Shown in pieces: positions 51,101 to 63,572 of a stretch of 64,000 bases of DNA. The stretch comes from Botryllus schlosseri (Eukaryota). The notes under the pieces were generated by a model, which saw only the letters and a program-made list of their open reading frames with translations, did no database searches and was not told the DNA's origin. Positions within the stretch are counted from its first letter, which is position 1; each line of letters starts with the position of its first letter. The translations under genes were made by a program, and so were the position numbers. Location: NCBI GenBank assembly GCA_051294905.1, contig CM119373.1:23188001-23252000 (forward strand). The letters are read 5' to 3'.

Positions 51101-54100
51101 ACCGCTCCAGTGATATGCGTTCTATTTTCTGATGGAAAGTACGGATCGTGAAATGAGCAATTTTTTTCGTTGATACTAAAACACACCTTGCGCGGTCCTA
51201 ATTCATTGAATTGTTGAACTAATCATGATATCGCTTAAAGCACAATTCTGCGTCAAACGCTTTGCTGGTGGAAAATGGATCACAAAGGGAGATTGCGGGG
51301 TGAGCAACAATAATCGCTATTTTGAAAATCTATGTCACGGTTACGTAGAAATAGTTGTTCTTTTGAAATAGAGAAAAAGGAGCATCACCGACGCGACGCG
51401 AGAGATTCAGACTGCGCTAAAAGCGGGTAATTATGTAGCCCCAGTGGCGATAAGATATTGTTTATCTGATTGCCAGATTTTCCCGCATATTAAATATTGA
51501 CAAGCGTCAGGTTATCATAAGACTTAATAGTACTAACCGTAACCGAGAACAGAACACTAACCTTTACCCACATGCTCACGTCTCAAATGCTAAAGTACCG
51601 TATGCTATCGTGTCACCTGCACATGTCTACTTGTTGTTTTTGTTTTTTAATATGTAGTCCTATTCTTGCTATATCATGCTTAACAATTCAAAACCATCGA
51701 TACAGTTGCTTACTTTCAATTTGAGCCGAAGCACCAAAACAGCTGTCTCCCATTCAAGACGATTATTGAAGCTCAAACCAGTTTCATCGAAAACCGATAG
51801 CCACCATCATATTTTTATCAGATACAGCAACGGGTTCTCAAACCTTTTTGAGCTCCGAGCGAGATAGTGTAATGCTGATCGATATAGGTCCTGGGTAAGA
51901 TCCCCAGACGGGTCAGACCAAAGACTCGAAAACTGGTATCCGCGGCTATCCTGCTAGGCGCTAAGCATCCACGGATAGCATGGAGAAGTAAAAACGGGGT
52001 TGCTGACTAGGTGACCTTACGGCCGTATCGCATCTCCGTCGTCCCGACATCTCGATGGTGCAGGCCAAAAACGAATAGGCCTACCCCCTTCTCTCTCTCT
52101 CGATCCAGATCAGACTTTCATTACCATCTCGCCACCCAATCATCACTCACCGGAAGAAATGCATTTGAAATGATGGTATGCCAAGCAATTGTATGGAACA
52201 CGCTTCATTACAGAATGTCACTGATTCAGTTAGTGTGATGTCATTGGAACTTATACCCCAGGACACTTTTATTCTGTGCGCCACGCATACTTCAGTTATT
52301 TTAGGCCAATTTATAGTCACGAACTCCTTCCAGCGAATTTGCAAGCTTACGAATCCTAACATTATTGAAATTGGCGATTGATGCTAGAAAAACTGAATAA
52401 CGATGTGTAGCCTACCCTTAGCGAGCATAATATTGGTATGGTTTCGATCAGGAATTGCATACTTTCTTCGCTTCTATGACTACATTTTACAACTGTGGCC
52501 CAAAGGGATGAATTTAGCTTGTTGGAAAACGTTACAGTGATATTGCGTTTACCTCATCCAATCGAACAGTAACTTCGCACTACACTCTACTCTACCCTCC
52601 TATTAGATATTTCATAACATTTTTCATGATCAAGGTGTACTGTCGCAAAAGCGTTTCTACGTGTCTTAAAGGTCAACTGAATCTAAAAAATGACTTCGTC
52701 TTATTTCGTACGTTATGTGGTTAGGAGTAAGTAAAAAATAATGGAAATGAAAATTACGTGATAGTTTTCAAGTAATTTGAATTACAAAACGAAATTCCGA
52801 AAAACGGACCCGAAATCATCCAGCCGTGAAATGACGTCGAGTAGTTGACACAACAAAAATCCTTGTTATTCCTGTTGGCTGTTAGGTGGGATTCATTGCT
52901 TAGATTTGCTGTGGATTTGAGTCATTGAGTGAGATCATGAAGGCTGTGAAGGAGGTGATAGATAGAGCAGATGTTATGTCGCGTATGGTTGCTCTAATAC
53001 GCAATATTCTGTGCCTACAATGTCTTTACATCGCTGCCAAAATCCATCCGTATACCGTCAGGCGACCGGACGCCGCTAAGACCAAAAGTGCGGACTTATA
53101 GACAACCAAAGGCAGATACATTTTCAATGACGTATCCGAGATACGCAACGCGCAATAAAGTTGACTGCTGACCACGGAAACTCTCACACGTAGTGCTGAC
53201 GTACTGCAGTAGTGCCGTTCATACTTTATTTTCACGCACCAGTGAAATTGTGGTAATGGCAGAGGAACGCACTTCTAAAGCTATGCAAAGTGTCTAAAAT
53301 CGGTAAGTGAAAATGTACTGTGTTAGCTAGTATTGTAAGAGTGTAACTAACCGTTTATAGTAGTTTTGACTGTGGTACGGTAGTCATCAAAGTAGTTATT
53401 GTTTACACTCATGTGCATGTGCAATCATCATCATCATCATCATCATTGGTTTATAAGCAATTTTATCAGTTCAATACACCACAAAAAATGCGATTCAATG
53501 AAAAGACAGGAAGATGTCGAAGCGACAAGGGGTAGTCTATGGAATCTGACACCCACCTTGGCCTAGGCGATGTAAAGAGGAGGCATGCACAGTGAATGAA
53601 AGTAAAGAAGATAGTATAGAAAAAGAAAGCGACAAGAACTAGGGCGGCATGTCATGGCAAGCGAGATCGATAGATCAGTCGTGTCCGGTAATCTTGAGGA
53701 TGGACTGTATATAGGCAAATAACTGAAATAAGTATTCCTTGAAAAACTTTGAGTAGAAGCGTACGTAGTCTGAAATAAAGCCACTTAAAAATCAATCAAG
53801 AAAAAAGATGTATAAAGGCATTAGTTAATAGGAGTCTGTAACCTGCTGACTTCATGATCTATAATGGTTATGTCGCAGACCTCATTTTAATGGAAGAGTT
53901 GCTATTACTTTTGAAAATAAACTTCTGTTTGTGTACATGTGTAGTCATATAATCATATTAGTTACTTAAGTTACTGAATGAAGACTGTCAGATATCAGTG
54001 ACTAAATCTCTCAAGATATCGACAGCTCAGTAAAAGATGAAAAAGTATCACTATCACCATAGCAGTCTAAAAGTTAGGTAGGATGCAGTTGGCAATCCTT

Positions 54101-57100
54101 CATTTTTATGATACTTCGGAACAGCATTTGGTATACTGCCTTTGATTCGACTTTATTATAAAACTCTGCAATGTTTTTACACCTGCTTTAGATTCCTGCA
54201 ATGAAGAAGTTGATGCATGTATTCCAGCAAGACCAGATACGGCGGAGTCGACCAAGTCTATTGCGATGACTTCCTCATTCAACTAGCGACATCGTGAAAA
54301 TTAGTTGAAGCCATTGCTGGACAAAAAAAGCTATTGTTGGACACAAAACTATATTTCTCTCCCTGACACAGTAGTAGTGTTGATGGATTGGTTATGTTGC
54401 ATTTATTATTTTCAATACAATTATTCCTTCGCGAAGCATTGCAAAATTGAAATCCTTTGAAAATACTAGATGTGAATTTTCATCGGATGTACAGACAGGA
54501 TTTCTCGTTGGTTTGTGTTGCAGAATCCCAATGGCCAGCAAACAAAACTTCCATACACAGTTTTTCTCAGCTTCCTGAAAAGCATAATTGTTGTGTTACT
54601 GACGGGTAATTACTTGGCACCCGACTCAACGTTTCATGTGAATGAGACTCATTCGCTCATGCATCGAACTAGATGGTATAATTATATGACAATATTCCTG
54701 TTGATATCTATAGTGAGACATCTCTTTGATTTATCTACTGAATGAAATCCTGGTAATGCTGTGATGCACTATTAATTCGTTAGTTGCTCTCCCACTAATA
54801 GTTTGCATAAGTTGGCAATAACCTCCATCCTCTATCCTGTAATTGATAATACCAAGATTAATAACTGAAAAGAGGTAGGGTACTCCACCAAATTACACAT
54901 ACCGGTGTATTTCAATTGGTATAGACAAGCGGCTTCAGCTGAACAAGCTAGGCTGATCAATTGATCATACTATATATTACTAACCTCCTTAGGTTATTCA
55001 TCAATAATCATACTCAAACGACCCCTCGTTTTCGGAGCAGCAAGGAGTTCCGTTGATACGGGATTGAGCTCATCAACAATTGATACGTGTTCACTGTTCA
55101 GTTTAAACATTACTTTCGTAAGCAAGGGCAAAAAGCATACTTACATTCGTCATCTGAGTAATCGCACTCACTTGGTGAATCCATTACAAGCGAAACCTCC
55201 GCGATAACTAACTAATATAATCGCCCTGCTACTGCAAAAGCACCAGCCCTATAGCATACATCCGCAGCGGCCAGAAGAGATGTCAACTACATGACGTCAC
55301 AATGAACATTTCGCTTTTTCTGTAAACATACCAATATTGGGACTTTCAGTCCAAATTACGGTAATTTCCGATTAGTTTGAAATACGGAAAGTCGGCAATT
55401 TCGGTATGAAAAAAAATTCTGAACATGATTAGGCGAAGTTGTCTATAAGATGCAGTTGACCTTTAAGTCTACTTATTTTATATAGTTTCTCCACCCGACC
55501 TAAAGTGAACACCGAAATAGAGAAATTATATGGAGGAGATATCGACTATTTTCTTCGCAAGACATTCACGAAATAATATATCCACTGAATATTCGATCTG
55601 GTTCGGTTGCGGCTCAAGCATATAGTCTACGTGATCAACACGTTCATAACCACCGGTATGGAAGAAAAGTTGGTTTCAAATAGAAGCAAAACAGATCGGG
55701 ACCCGGAGATATGCGTTTATCGTAGCTTGCTTGAATTTTATACCGAATAGTATAACAGATGACCAACCGTCGGCTCCTGTGATTCCCATATCATCTCGTC
55801 AGGATATCCCTAAACGTGACGAGAGCGATGTGATCACGCCCAACCCAACTCATGACATTTGCCGCAACGTTTCGTTCGATCCTGCCGGATCGTCAAATGC
55901 GACAGGAGGTGTTTACCAGTACAATGTGCCAGGAGTCGGTAGGAAAGAGTTGTATTGTGACACGAAAACTGATGGAGGACGCTGGATCGTGAGTATCTAA
56001 TTTAGCAGAAGGATCTTGAAGTGAATTTTGTATTTTGCGTACACGGCCACGCCGTATTGTGAGCTCTCATATAATACATTGTAGATGAATCACATGTCTC
56101 CGTGATTGAATTACGTTTTTCCGATATTGCGTATTCTCAGCCATAAAACAACAGACGACATTCTAAATGCCAATTTCCTTATACGATTATTACAACTTAA
56201 ATACACATCCAATCTCAATGTAACGATGACTGACACAATATGACCATGATTATTACACAATAAATGGCACTCCCTTCACACAAAAATGCGGCTCCAAAAT
56301 GAATCATACACAATGCACAATGCGCATGTATTGTTGTAGATTGGAAAACTCTATTCGTTAGTCAAAGACATGGGCCGGGCAACATACGGCCCGCGGGCCG
56401 GATCCGGCCCGTGACGGGATTTTGTGCGGCCCGCCGACAGATTTCGGTCGTACGTGATGATGAGGCCCGCGTCGCCGTCTACAGGCATTTAGGCGCAAAC
56501 ATTCTGAAGCATGAACATTAGCAAGACAAAGCGACCTTCAAATGCAGCTGATGTTCACCGCATTGACGTAGCCAGGGGCGAAAGGGAACATACCATTCCC
56601 AAATTTTTCTAGAATATTCGTAATATTTAAAATAGTGGAATATTTTTGGGCAGATGGATTCAAACTAAAAAAAATCGCCGCGCGCTTCGAGCGGTTCAGT
56701 GTCTCTGCGTGCGTGTCTTGATTATGAGAATACATTATCATAAATACACTAGGATAGCCCGAGGCCGTTGGGTTGCAGGAGTTTTCAACAAAGTAATTAA
56801 TAAAAATGAACTCGCTCAAAGTAAATAATATGCGATAAGCTCATGAATGTATATTCTTATGCCATGATCAATGTTCAAAATTATAATTATAGGTGTTGTA
56901 AATTTTCGAAGAAACCATCTGCTAATACACTCAACAATATCATTGATTAAATTCATACATTTATGCAAAAAATTTTCGCGCTTCGCGCGATTGGGAGCCG
57001 TATATACTCTGATTTTTATTCACATTCATATCACCGATTTGGGCTCGCCCGTGAGTCGATCGCCCAACTGCAGGAATGTGTGCGTCTCTGAATTGTATGT

Positions 57101-60100
57101 ACAAAGGGTAGTGCATGGTAGGATGGGCGGATCTGTGGCGCGTTCCCGTGGGCGGAGTTACCCTAAACTCATTAAAAAATTCTGGAATCCGGCCCGCCTC
57201 ATGTTCATGTTCCCATATCCGGCCCGCCGGATGGAGAAGTTGCCCGCCCCTGGTCAAAGACAATCAGAATTCTCGCAGAGTATATAAACTAGGTGGATGG
57301 TAAAATTCTGCGGCATCGCACAATATACGATGCCAGAGTTCTGGGTCTCATTGAAATACAATTGGAGTTGTTCAAGCTATTCAATGTAGTACAAGTCTAG
57401 TACAAGGGCGGGTTCATTCACACATGATAGTAGCAATTTTCGTTCACGGCATGTATCTTTCTATGTAAATGTGCATATAATTGAGAAAGATATTGTTGAA
57501 TGAATTTGGTCGGGATTATGATCAAAGTACGCTAATCGACTCGATATATGCATTTATGCTTGTGTCCAGGGCCGTATCAGCACTTCGTCAGCCCCCCCAA
57601 AAACTTTGGTCTTGGCCCCACCCATAGGGTTACAGAACGAACTTCTGGGGGGCTACGCCCCCCAGACCCCCCTCCAGCGATGCCCTGTTTACCGCAATTT
57701 AGCGTATTCGTTGGGAGTTTGTTCAATGAGCAAGCTTTTTTCGAATAAGCGCGCGCAGCGCGGGAGATTTCTAAAATTCATGGCCGAATCGGTCAGTATG
57801 ATCGGGAATTGCATATATATTGTTATCAATTTTTATCTTCTCTCTGCTCACGTAATCACAGCTGAGTGAGGTGTCTTTGGAAAGGTAGGACCACTAAATA
57901 ATAATTAAACATCTTTGGGCGTATACCCGTTGGCAGGAACGAAACAGCACCTCGTCAGGCCCCCAAAACGTGGGTCTTGGGCTCCCATAGGGTGATGAAA
58001 CGACCCCTCCATCACGTTTTTCGCGTTTGTCACGAAATCATCTTTATTGTGAGTCAGCGCGATGCGCGTAAAAATTTTGATAATTTTTGATAAAATCGGT
58101 CAATCAGATCGGCGATTGCATATATATTATACTATCAATTTATTGTTCTCTCTACTCACGTAATTAGATTTACCGGTAGAGCTGAGTAAAGTGTCTTGAA
58201 AACGGGAGGGCCCGCAAATAATAATTAAACATCTTCGGGCGGGCGGACCAGTTGACATGACTTCGTTACATGAGGTTATTTCGTGACTTCCAGTCTGCTA
58301 TATCAAAAAATATGGAATCGCCCAAACGTAGGCTTCTAAACTAAGAGACGCACACGATTTCAACTTGGTATTTCTTCACTGGCGTAAAATTTTTCCCAGC
58401 GGGATGGTAGGACTATTTGTCTTGTGAGGTTCAGATTGCAAAGACAGGAACATTCGGCGCCAGTCATTTATGCGCCTATGGACAATTAAACCGACATGTA
58501 AGTTGTTTATATAAAGAAGTCTTCGGTCAGCATAAGGGCATAGACCTTTTTGACCAAGGTTTTCTCGCTGCATGTTATACGGCCTAAAACAGGGGTCACC
58601 AACACGCGGCCCGCGACGTGATTTGAGATTTCAGAAGAAAGCTGATAAAACCATTCTGAAATGCAGTTTCAAGTATTATTGTTGTTGTTGTTGTTGTTGT
58701 TGTTTCGAACTAAGCTATTCTCTTGTGCCCAACATCACTATTCGTCACTAGCTGAAACGGCTTTGGAGGTGGCAACTGCATTCCATCGAGGAAGAATAAT
58801 CTGCTGAAATGAATGGGCTGAGCATGAGCATATTGCCTTGACGTGCAATGGCTAGAACACTGCCAAGATCGAGACGCCTATAAAACGGCAGACGGCAGTT
58901 GTTCACTGGGGCGCGCGCCCCTCTTGTGGGGGCGTGAAAGCATCTGAAGAGGGCGCGGAGCTGCGGTCAACTGAAGCGCGATTTACATCAAATTTTATTT
59001 TGTGTATGGTCCGTGTATTTTGTGTATATCAACAGTCATAACCTTCAATGCCATCAAACTATCCGTTGGGATTGCTAGCATTCTGGTTGCATTTTGTGAT
59101 ACGACGATAAGGGGGGAGCGAAAGTTTTGAGTATCATTAAGGGGGGCGTGTCTAAAAATGTTTGAGAACCACTGGCTTAGGGCTTCCCCACAAGATCAAG
59201 CTTTACGTGGAGATGGTCTTTCAGCTAGTACCGTATCTCTCTAGCCCCAATATCGAATCCTTATTCGCTGAAAAGCGTTTCCAGTATCGTGCACAGCTCA
59301 GACTTCAAATAAAATGAAATTAATGATAATTATTTTTTGTTGTATTTGTATTCCTTTGATAAAATGTTACTTCTTTTGTGGTCCCTATGCCCATGGCCTA
59401 AATTAAGTAGCACGGCGTTGTACTCACGTAGAGTTTTTAAAACGACGGTTGCCTAGTTTATACCGATATTGAATTCATGTGGCCCGCGGCTGCTGCGAAA
59501 TTTGAAAAGTGGCCCGCGACCCGTTTTGAGTTGGCGACCCCTGGCTTAGAACTTGATTGTATGTCTTGGTGGGTCGTGGTGCGGTAAGAGCCCAATACCC
59601 AATATTAAAGATAAATGGCTACTTGAATTCGCGCGCAGCGCGAAAAAAATTGCATGAAATGTCAAAAAATACTCTACGATTTATGCTAATTCACGAAATA
59701 ATTTTGGGTCCCCTTCGAGCCCGCCCCCCCCCCAATTTGGGGGTTTGGGGTGCGGCAGTTACGGTGCTGCTTGTGTCACATACACACACACACATCTAAA
59801 ACTTGAATTTTATTTTAATATTATATTCATTGTGGTTTAATTCATTGACTCGAAGACTTTTCGTGTGCCCGTTATCAAAAGCATATTTCAACCATTGCGT
59901 AGATTCAAATGAAAACCAATATGCTGTAAGGGAGTAGAAATACATTTCGTTGCTGGCTGCGTAACCACATGGTAACTGATGAGATTTGCTCAACTACACG
60001 CAGTCGCATTATCATTTGACATTCGGAGTACATATAGTCAGGGCCGTAACAGCACTTCGTCAGGCCCCCCCCAAAACTTTGGTCTTGGGCCCCCCATAGG

Positions 60101-63100
60101 GTTATAGACCTAACTTATGGGGGGCTTCGCCCCCCAGACCCCCCTCCGGCGATACACTGTTTACCGCTATTTAGCATTATCATTGGGGTTTTTTTGGTGG
60201 ATCAGCATTTGTCGCCTAAGCGCGCGAAGCGCGCAAAAATTTCTAGAATTCATGATTGAATCGGTCAGTATGATCGGGAATTGCCTATATTGTTATCAAT
60301 TTTTATCTTCTCTCTGCTCACGTTATCAGAGTTGCCGGTAGAGCTGAGTGAGGTGTGTTTGAAAAGGTAGGACCACTTCATTAATAATTAAACATCTTCA
60401 GGCGTATACCCGTTGGCAGGAACGAAACAGCACCTCGTCAGGCCCCCAAAAACATGTGTCTTAGGCTCCCATAGGGTGATAAAACGACCCCCCCATCACG
60501 TTGTTCGCGTTTGTCACGAAATCAACTGTACTGTATTGTGAGCCAGCGCGAAGCGCGAAAATTTTCGATAATTTATGATAAAATCGGTCAATCAGATAGG
60601 CGATTGCATATATATTATGATATCGATTTATTTTCCTCTCTACTCACGTAATTAGATTTACCGGTAGAGCTGAGTGAAGTGTCTTGAAAACGGGATGAGA
60701 GAGAGAGAGAGAGTCTTTATTTTCATCGAACCAAAATACATAACAAACGGCAGTGATGGTGGTACAGAAAATATGCGTGCACAGTATTCGGTATTAGATA
60801 GGAATGATCGATAAGACCGTGAAGGTCATCTAGTCTGATCACACCAGCATCAAACAGGTACACTTGACTCTGAACAGTCTGGCTGTAAAAAATGTTTAGT
60901 TAAGAAAGGAAAATAGCAAAAAAATCAAACAATGGTAGCAAATGATCAATGAAGCAATGTCTGGGCGAGGTAGGGCAACAGTGTTAGTGTAACGACAAGA
61001 GGTGGTCAAGTAGGGCTTTTTTGAATCTATTATAAGGCAATTCACGGATATGTGGTGGTAATGCATTCCAGATGATAGGTCCCGAGTAGTCGATAGATCT
61101 CTTAGTTAGGTTGCTATTGGGTGGGGGTAAGTAGATGTTTCCTTTAGACGAGGATCTCGGATGGCCCGTAAATAATAATTAAACATCTTCTGGCGGGCGG
61201 ATCCGTTGGTATGACTTCGTTACATGATGTTATTTCGTGATTTCCAGTCTGCTATATCAAACCATATAGAATCGCCCAAACGTAGGCTTCTAAACTAAGA
61301 GACGCACACGATTTCAAATTGGTATTTCTTCACTGGCATAAGTTTTTTCCCATCGGGATGGTATTTGTCTTGTGAGGTTCAGATTGCAAAGACAGGAACA
61401 TTCGGCGTCAGTCATTTAGGCGCCTATGTACAATTAAACCTATGTGTATTTTATATATAAAACGCCGTCTTCGTTCAGCATAAGGGCATAGACCATAGAC
61501 CTTTTCGGCCAAGGTTTTCTCGCTGCCGATCGTTCTGGCACACTTCTTGGAGTCGCATGTTATATGGCCTAAAACTTGATTGTAGGTCTTGGTGGGTCGT
61601 AGCGCGGTAATGGCCTAGTACCGAATAATAAAGATAAACGGCTTCTAGAATTCGCGCGCAGCGCGAAAAAATTTTGAAAAATTTTGAAAAATTTTGAAAA
61701 AATACTTTATGATTTATGCTAATTCACGAAATAATTTTGGGCCCCCTTCGAGCTCGGCCCCCCCCCAATTGGGGGGTTTGGGGTGCGGCAGTTACGGTGC
61801 TGCATATAGTCATTACTCCGCCTCCCCTGTCATATTCCTCTAACACTTAAGTTACTAGCCATACTCAAAAACTTCCAAACAGTTATCGTTTCATTTTCTC
61901 AATATCTGTATTTTGCGAATAAATACAGGTGTTTCAGCGACGTCTTAATGGATCTACAAATTTTGATCGCACTTGGAATGATTACGTCAAGGGCTTCGGG
62001 GAATCAACAAGAGAATTTTGGCTCGGTGCGTTTAACTATAGATGACTAACCTACGGATAGATACGCAACACTCGTCGTCACGCTTGCTTGCCCGGTGGAA
62101 ATTACTGCTCAGCAATAGGGCTCTTCAAAAATGACTTTTTTTCTCAAATCGTACTGGCTACTTGATAAAATTGTTAGGTTACCTAATTTAAGCCTACACA
62201 CAAAATTTGGTTCAATTCCAGCCAGTAACCGCTTTGCTACAGGAGAAGTAAGTTTATATTTATTATATAAAAATAAATAACGAAAAATTTGAAATTTTTC
62301 TGTTCACTCCATGAAAGTGTTAGGCTGTCTATAGAAACGATGCTCACCAAATTTGGTTCAATTCCAACCAGTGGAAGCGGAGTTATTGCCGTCGAAAAAT
62401 TTGGATTTGAATAAAATAGTATTTACGGTGAGCACAATTATAATAAATAAACAAAGAATCGGTCACCGTAAATACTATTTTATTCAAATCGAAATTTTTC
62501 GACGGCAATAACTCCGCTTCCACTGGTTGGAATTGAACCAAATTTGGTGAGCATCGTTTCTATAGACAGCCTAACACTTTCATGGGGTGAACAGAAAATT
62601 TTCAAATTTTTCGTTATTGATTTTTATATAATAAATATAAACTTTCTTCTCCTGTAGCAAAGCGGTTACTGGCTGGAATTGATCCAAATTTTGTGTGTAG
62701 GCTTAAATTAGGTAAACTAACAATTTTATCAAGTAGCCAGTACGATTTGAGAAAAAAAGTCATTTTTGAAGAGCCCTACTCAGCAATCTGAACGCAACAT
62801 AATTGCCAATCTCATATCTGACGACCCGCGAGCTTAAATTCAATAAAATTGATCTTATTTGAAAGCTACTGTCGCACTGATTCCGAAAATATACATTAAA
62901 ATCCAATCAGCGCAATGGAACCTCCTTGAAATACACCTCAAAGTCTGAAAATTGGCATTGTTCTAAACAATCGCGGCGACGCATCACAATGACCATAACA
63001 ATGGCCCTTGCGTGGTTGCAATTGTTCGGAACAATGCCAATTTTCAGACTTTGAGGTGTATTTCAAGGGGGTTTCATTGCCCTGATTAGATTTAAATGTA

Positions 63101-63572
63101 TGTTTTCGGAATCAGTGCGACAGTAGCTTTCATATAAGATCAACTTTATTGAATTTGAGCACGCGGGTCGTCAGATATGGGATTAGCAATTATGTTGCGT
63201 TCAGATTGCTGAGCAGTAATTCCCTCCGGGCAAGCAAGCCTGACTACGGGTGTTGCGTATCTATCCGTAGGTTAGTTATCTATAGTTTAACCGTTATATT
63301 TCACCTTTGCGCTTTCGAGCGATAATATTGTACCTGCTAGTGCACCTACATTAGGAATAACGGCTACGCAGGTGTTCGTACCCTGACTTTTAATTCCTTT
63401 ATCTTTCCCGTATAACGCTGCTTTCAATATAGCTTACTCAAATTGAGTCCAAAAGATTGTGTTCATATTTTGAAGGACTGGAATCTATCTACCGAATCAC
63501 TAATATGGGAAATCACGAATTGAGAATCGACTTTGTAGACATAAACGGAAAATATTACAGCGCAAAGTACAG
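48070..63572 (+). CDS. Secreted FReD protein, copy 2 (tandem paralog; last exon beyond the window; possibly degenerating)
   Basis: Exons ~48070-48133, 55759-55988, 61929-62025, 63476-63572. Exons 2-4 have the same lengths as in copy 1 and roughly 85-90% nucleotide identity by eye. Confidence 0.85.
49258..50463. mobile_element. Non-autonomous hAT, 1206 bp
   Basis: CAGGGGTTCTCA / TGAGAACCCCTG with GTGGGCCA subterminal repeats; perfect TSD GTATAGGC. Confidence 0.9.
50470..50612 (+). repeat. Single diverged arm homologous to the 29749-30076 palindrome
   Basis: GGCTGACACTCGTCAGGGGTAATCGTCAGCAACTAGTAGAGAATTC..TGACGTCACCAGCA..GAATACGAGAGC. Confidence 0.9.
51855..52101 (+). mobile_element. SINE-like 247-bp insertion with (CT)n tail and a possible Meta-type central domain
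   Basis: Precisely absent from the paralog (GAGCTA|GATCCAGATC at ~32240); degenerate A/B boxes; GGTCAGACCAAAGACT..AACTGGTAT..GCTAGGCGCTAAGCAT core. Confidence 0.6.
53424..53950 (-). mobile_element. Possible decayed LINE 3' end with (ATG)n tail
   Basis: (ATC)n at 53424-53446 and a minus-strand segment reading [10 protein letters not shown], like ORF2 ends; weak. Confidence 0.3.
55759..55988 (+). CDS. FReD copy 2 exon 2
   Basis: aacag|..[28 protein letters not shown]|gtgagt, 230 nt. Confidence 0.92.
56369..57252. mobile_element. hAT MITE, 884 bp
   Basis: CATGGGCCGGGCAAC / GTTGCCCGCCCCTG; perfect TSD GTCAAAGA; empty site in the paralog at ~33740. Confidence 0.88.
57567..59769 (-). mobile_element. 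hAT family copy B (same family as 37405-39019), inverted, with a nested MITE
   Basis: CAGGGCCGTATCAGCAC / GCAGTTACGGTGCTG; perfect TSD CTTGTGTC. Confidence 0.92.
58590..59543. mobile_element. hAT MITE nested in copy B
   Basis: CAGGGGTCACCAAC / GTTGGCGACCCCTG; TSD GCCTAAAA/GCTTAGAA; uninterrupted target seen in copy C at ~61567. Confidence 0.85.
60039..61802 (-). mobile_element. hAT family copy C, inverted, containing a LINE fragment
   Basis: CAGGGCCGTAACAGCAC / GCAGTTACGGTGCTG; perfect TSD CATATAGT. Confidence 0.92.
60697..61159 (-). mobile_element. 5'-truncated copy (463 bp) of the 22.4-kb LINE
   Basis: Reverse complement of 24129-24590 with only a handful of differences; (GA)n tail; flanked by (G)GAT short duplication. 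Confidence 0.95.
61929..62025 (+). CDS. FReD copy 2 exon 3
   Basis: tacag|[33 protein letters not shown]|gtgcgt. Confidence 0.92.
62036..63285. mobile_element. Fold-back MITE (~265-bp arms) interrupted by a second fold-back
   Basis: CTATAGATGACTAACCTACGGATAG.. / ..CTATCCGTAGGTTAGTTATCTATAG; flanked by TTTAA duplication that is single in the paralog (41357-41361). Confidence 0.9.
62116..62778. mobile_element. Fold-back hAT-type MITE (~316-bp arms, 31-bp spacer)
   Basis: TAGGGCTCTTCAAAAATGAC.. / ..GTCATTTTTGAAGAGCCCTA; perfect 8-bp TSD CTCAGCAA. Confidence 0.93.
63476..63572 (+). CDS. FReD copy 2 exon 4
   Basis: tgaag|[33 protein letters not shown]|gtaaag. Confidence 0.92.

Noticed and set aside
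51826-51854. CAGCAACGGGTTCTCAAACC resembling a hAT terminus
   Set aside because: It aligns with ordinary paralogous intron sequence at ~32215-32240 and has no partner TIR.
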